64,000 bases of DNA, from positions 1,984,001-2,048,000 of the forward strand of contig OY776215.1 in assembly GCA_963675495.1 (NCBI GenBank). The letters are read 5' to 3'. Numbering within the stretch: the stretch's first letter is position 1; each line of letters starts with the position of its first letter. A model generated the notes under the pieces. That model searched no databases. It was not told where the DNA came from and saw only the letters and a program-made list of their open reading frames with translations. The stretch comes from an uncultured Methanolobus sp. Its GTDB lineage: Archaea; Halobacteriota; Methanosarcinia; Methanosarcinales; Methanosarcinaceae. Made by a program: the position numbers and the translations under genes. Positions 31,381-40,659 of the stretch are shown here, in pieces.

Positions 31381-32538
31381 ATGAAGCGGATCTATATGGA
31401 CCACAGTGCAACCACACCTGTTGATTCTTTGGTGGTTGACGCAATGTTACCTTATTTTACTGAGATGTTTGGTAATTCATCCAGTCTGCATTCTTTTGGC
31501 ATGGAGGCGGCAGAAGCACTTTCCATGGCGCGTGAACAGGTTGCAGAGGCGATCGGTGCTTTGCCTGAAGAGATTATTTTCACATCAGGTGGGACGGAAT
31601 CAGACAATCTTGCAATAAGGGGTGTAATCCCTAGCAATTCAGGGAAAAAACACGTTATCACCTCAGTTATTGAGCATCCTGCAGTGCTTAATACCTGTGA
31701 GTATATTGAAAGTCTGGGTCATGAAGTTACATATGTTCCTGTTGATTCTGATGGTGTGGTAGACCTTGAAATGATAAAGGAATCCATTCGTGAGAATACG
31801 GTTCTCATAAGTGTGATGCATGCCAACAATGAGGTAGGCACCATTCAACCCATAAAGGAAATTGCACAAATTGCAAGTAAACACAACATCTTGTTCCATA
31901 CTGATGCAGTACAGACCGTAGGTAAGATTCCTGTCAATGTGGATGAGCTTGGTATTGATATGCTTTCTATCTCTTCCCATAAGATACACGGTCCAAAAGG
32001 TTCAGGAGCACTGTATGTCCGCAAGGGAACAATTATTGAACCGATAGTTTTCGGAGGTAATCATGAAAATGGTATGCGCTCAGGAACTGAGAATATCCCG
32101 GGTATTGTAGGTCTTGGGAAAGCAATGGCTCTTGCAAATGAGTTCCTGGATGCGGACTCACAACATATGAAAAACATGCGTGATTCCCTTGTTTCCCGGA
32201 TATTTGATTCAATTGCAGATGTTCGCCTGAATGGCCATCCAACACAGAGACTTCCAAATAATGTAAACTTAAGTTTCAAGTATGCTGAAGGAGAATCCAT
32301 GCTCATGCTTCTGGATATGAAAGGCATTGCAGTATCGACCGGTTCAGCATGTTCTTCCAAATCCTTGAAAGCATCCCATGTACTAAGTTCCCTGAATATA
32401 GAGGATGATTACATACATGGTTCTCTGAGAATAAGCCTTGGAAAGGAGAATACTATGGAAGATATCGATCATGTTGTCGAGAGCCTTAAGGAAATAGTTT
32501 TGAAGCTAAGGGAAATGTCCGCAATTTCCAGCCAATGA
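31381..32538 (+). CDS. iscS: Cysteine desulfurase (IscS/NifS group I)
   Basis: YMDHSATTP, FTSGGTESDN, HTDAVQ, SSHKIHGPKG, STGSACSS. Confidence 0.95.
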   Translation: MKRIYMDHSATTPVDSLVVDAMLPYFTEMFGNSSSLHSFGMEAAEALSMAREQVAEAIGALPEEIIFTSGGTESDNLAIRGVIPSNSGKKHVITSVIEHPAVLNTCEYIESLGHEVTYVPVDSDGVVDLEMIKESIRENTVLISVMHANNEVGTIQPIKEIAQIASKHNILFHTDAVQTVGKIPVNVDELGIDMLSISSHKIHGPKGSGALYVRKGTIIEPIVFGGNHENGMRSGTENIPGIVGLGKAMALANEFLDADSQHMKNMRDSLVSRIFDSIADVRLNGHPTQRLPNNVNLSFKYAEGESMLMLLDMKGIAVSTGSACSSKSLKASHVLSSLNIEDDYIHGSLRISLGKENTMEDIDHVVESLKEIVLKLREMSAISSQ

Positions 32539-32554
32539 ATAGCAGGAGCAAGTC

Positions 32555-32923
32555 ATGTATTCAAAGAAAGTTATTGAGGAGTTCAGCAGTCCACAGAATG
32601 TGGGAAGTATAGAGGATGCTGATGGTGTGGGTGAGATTGGAAGCACTGTCGATGGTGATATAATAAATATATCTATTAAGGTAAAGGACAATGTTATTGA
32701 AGATGTCAAATTCAAGACATTTGGTTGTGTTGTCGCTATTTCCACATCAAGCATGGTAACGAATCTGGCAAAGGGAAAGACGGTTGATGAAGCTCTTAAG
32801 CTAACAAACGAAGATGTCATCAATGCCCTTGATGGTCTTCCCGAGGGGAAGGACAGGTGTTCGGGCTTTGCTCTTGATGCTCTTAAGATGGCAATCGAAG
32901 ATTACCAGCAAAAAAACAAATGA
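32555..32923 (+). CDS. iscU: IscU/NifU-N-like scaffold with atypical ligands
   Basis: YSKKV, FKTFGC, RCS; first ligand motif reads STVDGD rather than NPxCGD. Confidence 0.88.
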   Translation: MYSKKVIEEFSSPQNVGSIEDADGVGEIGSTVDGDIINISIKVKDNVIEDVKFKTFGCVVAISTSSMVTNLAKGKTVDEALKLTNEDVINALDGLPEGKDRCSGFALDALKMAIEDYQQKNK

Positions 32924-32945
32924 TACTTAAAAAAGGTGACTTCTT

Positions 32946-33299
32946 ATGAAAACAACATGTGAGATTATGGTTCAACGGGTACTGCCTGCTATACGTGCAG
33001 AGCTTGCCAGATGTATGATCTGGGAGCATGGAAAAAATCAGCAGGAAGTTGCAGATGTATTGGGACTTTCAAGAGCTGCTGTTTCCCAGTATCTCAATGA
33101 TAAACGTGGTGCTGAGGTGGATTTTTCAGATGAGGCCCAGCAGGAGATCAAGAGGTTTGCTACCAGCCTGCTTGATGGAATGAAACCCAGGGATCAGGTT
33201 GCTGGGATGTGTAATGTATGCAAGTTCGTCCAGCGTTCCGGTTGGCTCAACAAGAATGAACCGGATGCCGGTTATTGCATTCTTTGCGGAGATGACTAA
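32946..33299 (+). CDS. Predicted HTH transcriptional regulator with Cys motifs
   Basis: TCE...LPAIRAELA, QQEVADVLGLSRAAVSQY, CNVC, CILC. Confidence 0.85.
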   Translation: MKTTCEIMVQRVLPAIRAELARCMIWEHGKNQQEVADVLGLSRAAVSQYLNDKRGAEVDFSDEAQQEIKRFATSLLDGMKPRDQVAGMCNVCKFVQRSGWLNKNEPDAGYCILCGDD

Positions 33300-33304
33300 G
33301 TTCA

Positions 33305-34528
33305 TTGACGTCAAATCTTTGCATAAAATGTAAGGGCAAAGGTCTTTGTGGGCGGCCAAGATGTCCTATCCTGGAGAAATTCAAGTCCATAGAGTCAGTA
33401 ATTCCAAGTTCCTCCGGAGATTCTTCTATTTTTGGGGCATCGCCTCCATCTGTTTTTGTAGGAAGGCACAACTATCCTGAAGTAAAAGCAGGCCCTATGA
33501 TCCCGCCTGAGCTTGGCGGGGATGAGGCAATGCTACTTGAAGATCCCAAAGCCTTGCTGAAGATGAATATACAGGATGTCATATCATCCCGTTCGCAACT
33601 TGTCAGGGCCAATACAGGTATCAATGTGAAAAATGCACGTTCTCCTGATAACCAACTAATTGAGAGGTCTCAGGAGTTAGCTCTTTCTAAAAAACCCGTG
33701 GATACGGAAGCGTGGTTCAATAAACCCATAAGTAACAAACTCAAATTTGATAATGTCCTGACACCAATGGGTCCTTCAGGTGACCTTAAAAAGTTTGACA
33801 TTGCTGAAAATCCAACAGTTCCAAAAAAAGTTGATTATCTCGTATATGATGATGATGCATTGGCAAAGGATGTCGTCTCCGAGTTATGGGGTGGCAATAT
33901 CCCGGCAGAACACATCACACGTCTTCTTTCTATAGGTCTTTTAGGCCAGGAACGAAAACTTGTCCCAACCCGTTGGTCTATAACCGCAGTCGATGATATG
34001 GTGGGGAAGGATCTTCTTGAAGGCATCAGGGACTACCAGCAGCTAAGTGAGGTAATGGTTTTTAGTGGTGGTGTATTTGGCAATCACTTTGAAATTGTTT
34101 TCATTCCCCGTATGTTCTCATTTGAATTAATGGAAGTCTGGATGCCACGTACTGTCTGGTCTGGGGGAGATACGTGGATTGGTGCAGACCATGAGGATTT
34201 TGGTGGAAAAAAGAAATATTCTAACCTTGCAGGAGGTTACTACGCAGCTCGGTTGGGTGCACTGGAATATCTTTATTCCATACGCAGACAGGCAACCGTA
34301 TTCATGGTTAGGGAAATAAGGCCAGAATACTGGGCACCTCTTGGTGTGTGGGTTGTAAGGGAAGGTGTAAGGGAGGCTTTCAGCCATGAGCCGGAAAGAT
34401 TTGAATCTATTGAACAGGCACTTGCAGATATTTCAACCCGCTTGAAGACTCCTTCTTCCGAATGGCTGCCAAAGGCGGCATTATTGCCTGATGTGCGTTT
34501 CCAGAGGACACTTGACTCTTTCTTCTAA
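33305..34528 (+). CDS. nreA: Nre-family PCNA-interacting DNA repair protein
   Basis: N-terminal CIKCKG..LCG...CP, SPPSVFVG, LVPTRWSITAVD, C-terminal PIP box QRTLDSFF. Confidence 0.92.
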   Translation: MTSNLCIKCKGKGLCGRPRCPILEKFKSIESVIPSSSGDSSIFGASPPSVFVGRHNYPEVKAGPMIPPELGGDEAMLLEDPKALLKMNIQDVISSRSQLVRANTGINVKNARSPDNQLIERSQELALSKKPVDTEAWFNKPISNKLKFDNVLTPMGPSGDLKKFDIAENPTVPKKVDYLVYDDDALAKDVVSELWGGNIPAEHITRLLSIGLLGQERKLVPTRWSITAVDDMVGKDLLEGIRDYQQLSEVMVFSGGVFGNHFEIVFIPRMFSFELMEVWMPRTVWSGGDTWIGADHEDFGGKKKYSNLAGGYYAARLGALEYLYSIRRQATVFMVREIRPEYWAPLGVWVVREGVREAFSHEPERFESIEQALADISTRLKTPSSEWLPKAALLPDVRFQRTLDSFF

Positions 34529-34633
34529 TCAGCCCTATATAGTTTATTTATTGCTATATAGTATATGGTAAGCACATTTATCTCAAAGTCTTCACTTTTG
34601 CATACTAAATCTATATAGTGGAGAATATTATCG

Positions 34634-35671
34634 ATGAGTCTTTTTGATCCTCTCGTATTGTTATTGGTTGCAGCAGGTCTGTATATGGCATGGAATATAG
34701 GTGCCAATGATCTTGCAAATGCAATGGGAACGTCAGTAGGCAGCGGGGCGCTGTCTATCAAACAAGTAATTATCATTGCAGCTGTTTTTGAGTTTGCAGG
34801 TGCCGTACTCTTTGGAAAAAGAGTTACGTCCACTATTGCAAAGGGCATTGTCCCTGTTGATTCTATCAGTCTGATCGATCCTCATCTTGTGGCACTTGGA
34901 ATGCTTGCAGCCATTCTTGCAGCCGGTTTCTGGATCACATTTGCCACATTTTACAACCTTCCTGTATCTACAACCCATTCAATTGTAGGAGCTGTCCTTG
35001 GATTTGGTTTAATGGCAGCATACTATGGGATTATCGGTTTTGAGGAAATAAAGTGGACTGTACTTGCTAAGATAGTTGGCAGTTGGCTGGTTTCACCACT
35101 CCTTGGAGCATTACTAGCTTATATTATATTTTCCATCATCAGGTATTTCATACTTCAAAAAGCGGATGATCCTTATAACGTTGAGAAAAAGTTTGTCATT
35201 CTCCAGACAATGACTGCATGCTACATTGCCTTTGCACATGGTTCTAATGATGTCGCAAATGCCATCGGACCTCTTTATGCGGGATTGCACGCACTTGAGA
35301 TGGCAGGCCTAAGTATTCCTTTATGGGTAATGGCTCTTGGAGGTATTGGGATGGTCATAGGACTTGGTACCTGGGGATACCGTGTAATTGAAACCATCGG
35401 TACACGCATAACCGAACTTACTCCTACAAGGGGATTTTCAGCAGAACTTGCCACAGCTTCTGTGGTGGTTTTGCACAGTTACAGTTCCCTCCCAATATCA
35501 ACAACTCACACACTTGTGGGTTCAGTTATAGGTGTTGGCCTTGCAGGCGGTCTTGCGGCGGTTGATTTAAGTGTTATCGGAAAGATAGTTGTTTCCTGGG
35601 TAATTACTGTGCCTGCAGCAGCACTTACATCTGCTCTTATATTTGCAGGATTATTGGGAGTCGGAATATGA
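34634..35671 (+). CDS. PiT-family inorganic phosphate transporter
   Basis: GANDLANAMG, PVSTTHS, HGSNDVAN, PISTTH. Confidence 0.95.
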   Translation: MSLFDPLVLLLVAAGLYMAWNIGANDLANAMGTSVGSGALSIKQVIIIAAVFEFAGAVLFGKRVTSTIAKGIVPVDSISLIDPHLVALGMLAAILAAGFWITFATFYNLPVSTTHSIVGAVLGFGLMAAYYGIIGFEEIKWTVLAKIVGSWLVSPLLGALLAYIIFSIIRYFILQKADDPYNVEKKFVILQTMTACYIAFAHGSNDVANAIGPLYAGLHALEMAGLSIPLWVMALGGIGMVIGLGTWGYRVIETIGTRITELTPTRGFSAELATASVVVLHSYSSLPISTTHTLVGSVIGVGLAGGLAAVDLSVIGKIVVSWVITVPAAALTSALIFAGLLGVGI

Positions 35672-36360
35672 TAAAGAAAGAGTATATCCGTTCTGTATTG
35701 AACATATTTGCAAGTTCTCCTTTCAAACCACTGGTGATGCATGCCAATAAAGGAGGCGATTGTGCAAGGAAACTCAACGAGTCCCTGCTTGCTTTCTGCG
35801 ATGGTGATATGGAAAAAGTTGAAGAACTGAACCGTGAGATAGATGTAATTGAGCACGAAGCCGATGTCATCAAACAGACCATTCGTTCTGAGTTGTCCTC
35901 ATCCATTATGCTTCCTGTACATGCTGATGATCTGTTAAATTTTCTGAAACCACAGGACTCGATATCAGATGAGGCTCAGGAAGCGGCATTCTGGCTTACT
36001 GTCAGGAAGTTCGATGCTCCTCCCGAAATTCGTGAGGGATTCATTGACCTCATGGAAAAGACCCTTCAAACCGTGGAAATGTATGAGGTTCTTGTTTCAA
36101 CCCTTGGCGAGTTACTGGAAACATCCTTTAGTAAAAGGGATGTTGAAGAAACTCTCCAATTTGTAACGAAAGTCGAGGAAATGGAACATCATGTCGATGT
36201 TATTGAAAAGGAACTTATGAAAACGATCTTTAGAAATGAAGATACTATTGGTGCACTTGGTGTATATCATCTGGCCCGTCTGGTGAGGGGTATCGGAGAC
36301 ATTGCAGACAAGTCCGAGCATGCAGCAGACAGATTAAGGACAATGGTTTTGAGAAGGTAA
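35668..36360 (+). CDS. DUF47/TIGR00153 PhoU-like phosphate transport regulator
   Basis: IEHEADVIK, EHHVD, IADKSE; ATGA overlap with the PiT gene. Confidence 0.9.
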   Translation: MIKKEYIRSVLNIFASSPFKPLVMHANKGGDCARKLNESLLAFCDGDMEKVEELNREIDVIEHEADVIKQTIRSELSSSIMLPVHADDLLNFLKPQDSISDEAQEAAFWLTVRKFDAPPEIREGFIDLMEKTLQTVEMYEVLVSTLGELLETSFSKRDVEETLQFVTKVEEMEHHVDVIEKELMKTIFRNEDTIGALGVYHLARLVRGIGDIADKSEHAADRLRTMVLRR

Positions 36361-36374
36361 TCACCTTCTCATTA

Positions 36375-37826
36375 TTATCTGTGAAGACAATTGTCTTCGT
36401 TCATCTTTTTAAGCAGTTCGACAACGGAATAAGCTGCGCGGGTTATGCCCATGCTTCTTTTATCAGTATCTGTTCCGGCTGTGTAAAGCCCGTTGATTGG
36501 TGTTCTCACATCGGCAAAATAGCCATCTATCGTCACAGCAGCTTTTTCAGGGATAGTTATCTGATTGTGCTTCATTTCTATATGGTCTTCTATTCCCGGG
36601 ATAGCCTTATAGATCGTTTCATATGCTTTCTTTGTCTGCACATCTTCATTCTTCTCCCCATCAATTATGAATGTGAAACCAACGAGTTGTTTTCCTTTTG
36701 GTGCCAGCGAAGCATCGTAGTTGCTTATCGGCATAGCCCAGTAAGGTGATTCCTTGAACCATATTTCCGAGCCGATATAATTGAACTCGTTCATCATAGA
36801 ATCCAGTCCGGTCCATACAGTAAGGCTCTTGGTGTGTACAACTCCTTTAAGTTCCTGTATGTATGAGTTCGGAAGACTTTCTATCATGGAAGGAAGGTCT
36901 GTAACAAATCCTGTGTATACGACTTTACTGGCATTGTATACCTCATCAGCCTCAACACCAGTTATCTTGCCTTTGTCGGTAAGTATTTTTTTTACCCGAC
37001 AGCCTGTCTTGATCTCCACAGTCTTTGGAAGTGAGGACAAAAGGGCATTAAGAAGAGCTTTCAATCCTTTTCGGGGATATCCCTGGGAGTAGCTGACCTT
37101 GTTCGTTGCAAGTCTTCCAAGGGATGTGAAAGGATTGGACACTTTATTGATTCTTGTCTGTAATGAAGCATGTAGATTTGGTGGAAGTATTGTTCTTGGA
37201 ACAGGTTCTACAGCCATCTTCTCATTAGATTTCATTATATTCTCAAGCTGTTCTTCCGGTACACTGTCGCGCACAAAGCTACTGCCTGCAAGAATTCTCT
37301 GCGCAGATGTCTGTTTCATGTCCTTACCTGAAAGGAAGTGACATATGGTGTCTACAAAGTCACATGTATCTGCTGAAAGGTTACCTGGCATGAATTCATA
37401 TACTGATTGCTTTTCCAGATCAGTTCCAAATGTAGAAAGGGTGAGTGCTTTAGTGATAGCCTGTGTGAGGACCATCCTGTCCTTACGCGGAAGAACATCA
37501 AATGTGACAAATTCCTTGATATTTGAGGGGACTTTCATGAACTGGTTCTCAGTTCTTATGTAGTAATTTCCGTAGTCCTCAAAGACCGGAACGTAATCAA
37601 AATAATTATCCATGAGCCTTCTCAGAGGACCCACTTGAAGGTGTGTTATTGCATGGGCACCTGTGTCCACCTGGAAACCATCAACCATGTAGCTATTACA
37701 GTTACCGCCCACAATGTTATCTTTTTCAAGTACAAGTACTTTATTTCCATGTTTAGAAAGGGTGAGTGCGGACAAAAGCCCGCTTATACCTGCACCCACG
37801 ACTATTACATCGTAATTTTCCATCAT
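36375..37826 (-). CDS. Phytoene-desaturase-like FAD-dependent oxidoreductase
   Basis: VIVVGAGISGL, VGGNCNS, VDTGAH, SLAPKGKQL, GLYTAG. Confidence 0.85.
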   Translation of the reverse strand: MMENYDVIVVGAGISGLLSALTLSKHGNKVLVLEKDNIVGGNCNSYMVDGFQVDTGAHAITHLQVGPLRRLMDNYFDYVPVFEDYGNYYIRTENQFMKVPSNIKEFVTFDVLPRKDRMVLTQAITKALTLSTFGTDLEKQSVYEFMPGNLSADTCDFVDTICHFLSGKDMKQTSAQRILAGSSFVRDSVPEEQLENIMKSNEKMAVEPVPRTILPPNLHASLQTRINKVSNPFTSLGRLATNKVSYSQGYPRKGLKALLNALLSSLPKTVEIKTGCRVKKILTDKGKITGVEADEVYNASKVVYTGFVTDLPSMIESLPNSYIQELKGVVHTKSLTVWTGLDSMMNEFNYIGSEIWFKESPYWAMPISNYDASLAPKGKQLVGFTFIIDGEKNEDVQTKKAYETIYKAIPGIEDHIEMKHNQITIPEKAAVTIDGYFADVRTPINGLYTAGTDTDKRSMGITRAAYSVVELLKKMNEDNCLHR

Positions 37827-37855
37827 ATCCCCTCATTACGAGTAAATGTGTGTGC

Positions 37856-38569
37856 TTATTCAAAGATCTCAGGCACTATGCGCTTTGCAACTTCTTCGTA
37901 TGTTTTTGAAAGATCTCCCTTGTCAAAACGGAAAATATCCTTGTCCATTGACTGTCCGGTGCTCTTGTCCCAGAATCTGCACGTGTCGCATGAGATCTCA
38001 TCTGCTACAACGATCTTGCCGTCAACTCTTCCGAACTCAAGTTTAAAATCAGGAAGGAGGAATCCTTTTTCGTCAAGGTATTTCACGAGTATATCGTTGA
38101 TCTTCAATGCCATTGCACGGATCTGCGCAATCTCTTCATAAGTTGCAATTCCCATGGCAACAGCGATATCTTCGTTCATCATTGGGTCGCCATGCTCATC
38201 GCTCTTGTAGTCCATCACAAGTACGGGGCTTTTGAACACAGTACCCTCTTCTATTGGGTATTTGCGTGTAATGGAACCTGCAGCAATGTTACGTGGAATT
38301 ACTTCTATAAGTATTATCTCAACAGCCTGAACAAGCATCTCGGTACCGGATACCATTTCTATATAGTGTGTAGGGATACCTTCCTCTTCAAGCATCTCAA
38401 AGATCTTTTTGGAGATCTGGGCATTGTAATAACCTTTGTTCTTTGCTTCACTTTTCTTTTTACCATCAAATGCCGTGAGACTGTCCCTGAACTCTGAGAT
38501 GAGTTTCTTTGGGTCATCTGTTTTGTAGATGGTCTTCGCTTTTCCTGAATACAATTCTTCCTTTTTCAT
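37856..38569 (-). CDS. purC: SAICAR synthase
   Basis: [43 protein letters not shown]. Confidence 0.97.
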   Translation of the reverse strand: MKKEELYSGKAKTIYKTDDPKKLISEFRDSLTAFDGKKKSEAKNKGYYNAQISKKIFEMLEEEGIPTHYIEMVSGTEMLVQAVEIILIEVIPRNIAAGSITRKYPIEEGTVFKSPVLVMDYKSDEHGDPMMNEDIAVAMGIATYEEIAQIRAMALKINDILVKYLDEKGFLLPDFKLEFGRVDGKIVVADEISCDTCRFWDKSTGQSMDKDIFRFDKGDLSKTYEEVAKRIVPEIFE

Positions 38570-38719
38570 TTTTATCATCCTTTTGTATTTGTTATTGTTT
38601 GATTATCTTTATACTTGATGTTCTATAATTATTTATGTCTTAATTTATGTAGCATTAATGTATTATTATTGCATACTAAATGTTATTATTATACAGATTG
38701 CTTATTATAGGTGAACAAT

Positions 38720-39142
38720 ATGGAACAGGAACTTATGCGTATTGGGGTATCTCTTCCCGAAAATCTTCTAACTAAATTTGACACGATCATTGAACAGAGG
38801 GGTTATTCTTCCCGTTCAGAGGGAATAAGGGATTCTATCAGGAACTACATTACCCACTATGAATGGATGAGTGATGTAAAAGGCAGGCGTGTGGGTACTA
38901 TCACTTTGATATATGACCATACAAAGCGTGGCCTTTCAAGCGCTCTTACTGAAATACAGCATGATTATTCTCATATTATTAAGTCTTCCGTCCACATTCA
39001 TCTTGATCATGACAACTGTCTGGAAGTCATAATACTGGATGGTGAAGGTGAAGAAGTAAAGCAGGTTGCTGAGAGGACAATGGCACTCAAAGGTGTCAAT
39101 TACGTCAAACTCAATACTGCCCTCCCAACTGAGAAAATATAA
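38720..39142 (+). CDS. nikR: Nickel-responsive regulator NikR
   Basis: RHH domain RIGVSLP...SRSEGIRD; Ni ligands HIHLDHDNC. Confidence 0.96.
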   Translation: MEQELMRIGVSLPENLLTKFDTIIEQRGYSSRSEGIRDSIRNYITHYEWMSDVKGRRVGTITLIYDHTKRGLSSALTEIQHDYSHIIKSSVHIHLDHDNCLEVIILDGEGEEVKQVAERTMALKGVNYVKLNTALPTEKI

Positions 39143-39144
39143 AT

Positions 39145-39504
39145 TTATAGTCCATTTTTAAATGAGGATTCTATAGTCCTCAACATTTTTTCACCGGGTT
39201 CTGTAAGATAATATGTCTGAAAATTCTTGTCTCTTCTTGAGTCTACGAGCTCTGCATCCTTGAGTAGTTTAAGATGATATGAAAGTGCAGAATGTTTATA
39301 ATCGGTAATCTCCACAAGTACGCAGACGCACAGTTCGCTTATCTGTAGGGCTTTGAGGATACGTATCCTTACTGGATCGGAAAGCACCTTAAAAAGAGAC
39401 ACTAGTTTATCAACATTTTCATCCATGGCCTCATGGACTTTCAGGGTTATTGCATCTGGAAGTATGTACGGTTCCTTGCTTCCACTTATTTCCTGTATTG
39501 TCAT
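39145..39504 (-). CDS. ArsR/SmtB-family regulator
   Basis: FKVLSDPVRIRIL, ELCVC, SALSYHLKLLK. Confidence 0.9.
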   Translation of the reverse strand: MTIQEISGSKEPYILPDAITLKVHEAMDENVDKLVSLFKVLSDPVRIRILKALQISELCVCVLVEITDYKHSALSYHLKLLKDAELVDSRRDKNFQTYYLTEPGEKMLRTIESSFKNGL

Positions 39505-40131
39505 CTGTTGGATTATTATAAGGTTCAACAGATTAATAGGTTTTGCAATAATATCTATCTAATATATGTGTAAAAAGGACATATTCCAGGTTCTTTTATT
39601 AATAAACTCAGAGACGTTTTCTTGCATTTTGCCTGTTTCACTGCTTAATCCGAAAAATCGATTTGACTGGCAATTTTATCTGAATTTCTCAAATTAATCG
39701 ATGCAGGTTAAAGGTATAATTCTTTATATTCTCGGAAAGAATGTGGCTGAATGTTGTTCCTTTCAATTTTTAATTAATACATTTCGTTTTTTGTTGGGTT
39801 AAGTTCGAATAAAGGATATCTCCTCATTATTTGGGAATGTAGCCAACTCTTAAAAAATCCGCAGTGTCAAATAATCAATTTTGTAGAGTTCAAATCCGAT
39901 TCATTGCATAACAAGTCTGTGATATAGGTAACAAGAAAAAACGGAACTATTAATGTTAATTTATATTGTTCTTTTTAAAATAGGATCAAGCAAATTCTCG
40001 AAGTTGTTATTTTTGTAGAGGCTCTATTTTTCTATACTTTAAAGGCGTTTGAATTTTCAATTGCATCAAATAGTCTCATACCTATATACAATTCACAAGA
40101 AATCATACTATATAGTGTAGATATCAATTTA

Positions 40132-40208
40132 GGAACTGTATACCAACAATGTAGTGGGAGTGGTATCTTATAAAACACCAGTGTGGGAACTGGTGTTTCT
40201 CTATTTTT
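40132..40208 (+). ncRNA. Candidate small RNA with two GTGGGA-loop hairpins
   Basis: TATA-like CTATATAG at 40108; stems ATACCA/TGGTAT and AAACACCAGT/ACTGGTGTTT; T-tract; lies in a 1.1-kb gene-free gap. Confidence 0.4.
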
Positions 40209-40659
40209 ACTTATGACAATGTGGTCATCGTTTTCTTTTTTGTTTTGACAAAAGTACTGAGCCTATATTCAAATAGTGACTATGTTCCATTTGTTGCAGT
40301 ATTTACTTCGGTTTTTATGGGTTTAGTTATAACACTTTTCTTGTTTACCTCTTCCCTTCGCTATTCATACAGATTATATAGGTTGTATTATACCAAATCT
40401 GTACTCAGTGTGTAAACTTCTATTTCCTACCTGAATATGAGTTTGTTTTGATATTTTTGCATTTAATCTAAATCATCAAAATATTTTATCATCAAAAATC
40501 TCAGCATAAACAATATATTTTCAATTTCTTAGCTTGACCGAATAATACTCACATTGACCAAAAATCCGTGTTGTTGCTTGCTAAATAACCAAATTTTCGG
40601 ACAAAGCGCTGTTTCACAGCATCGTGGAGATTATTACTAATTCCTGCGGGATTTTGTTG

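Noticed and set aside
39979-40173. Open frame through the sRNA candidate region
   Set aside because: No start codon or RBS, and no recognisable motif.
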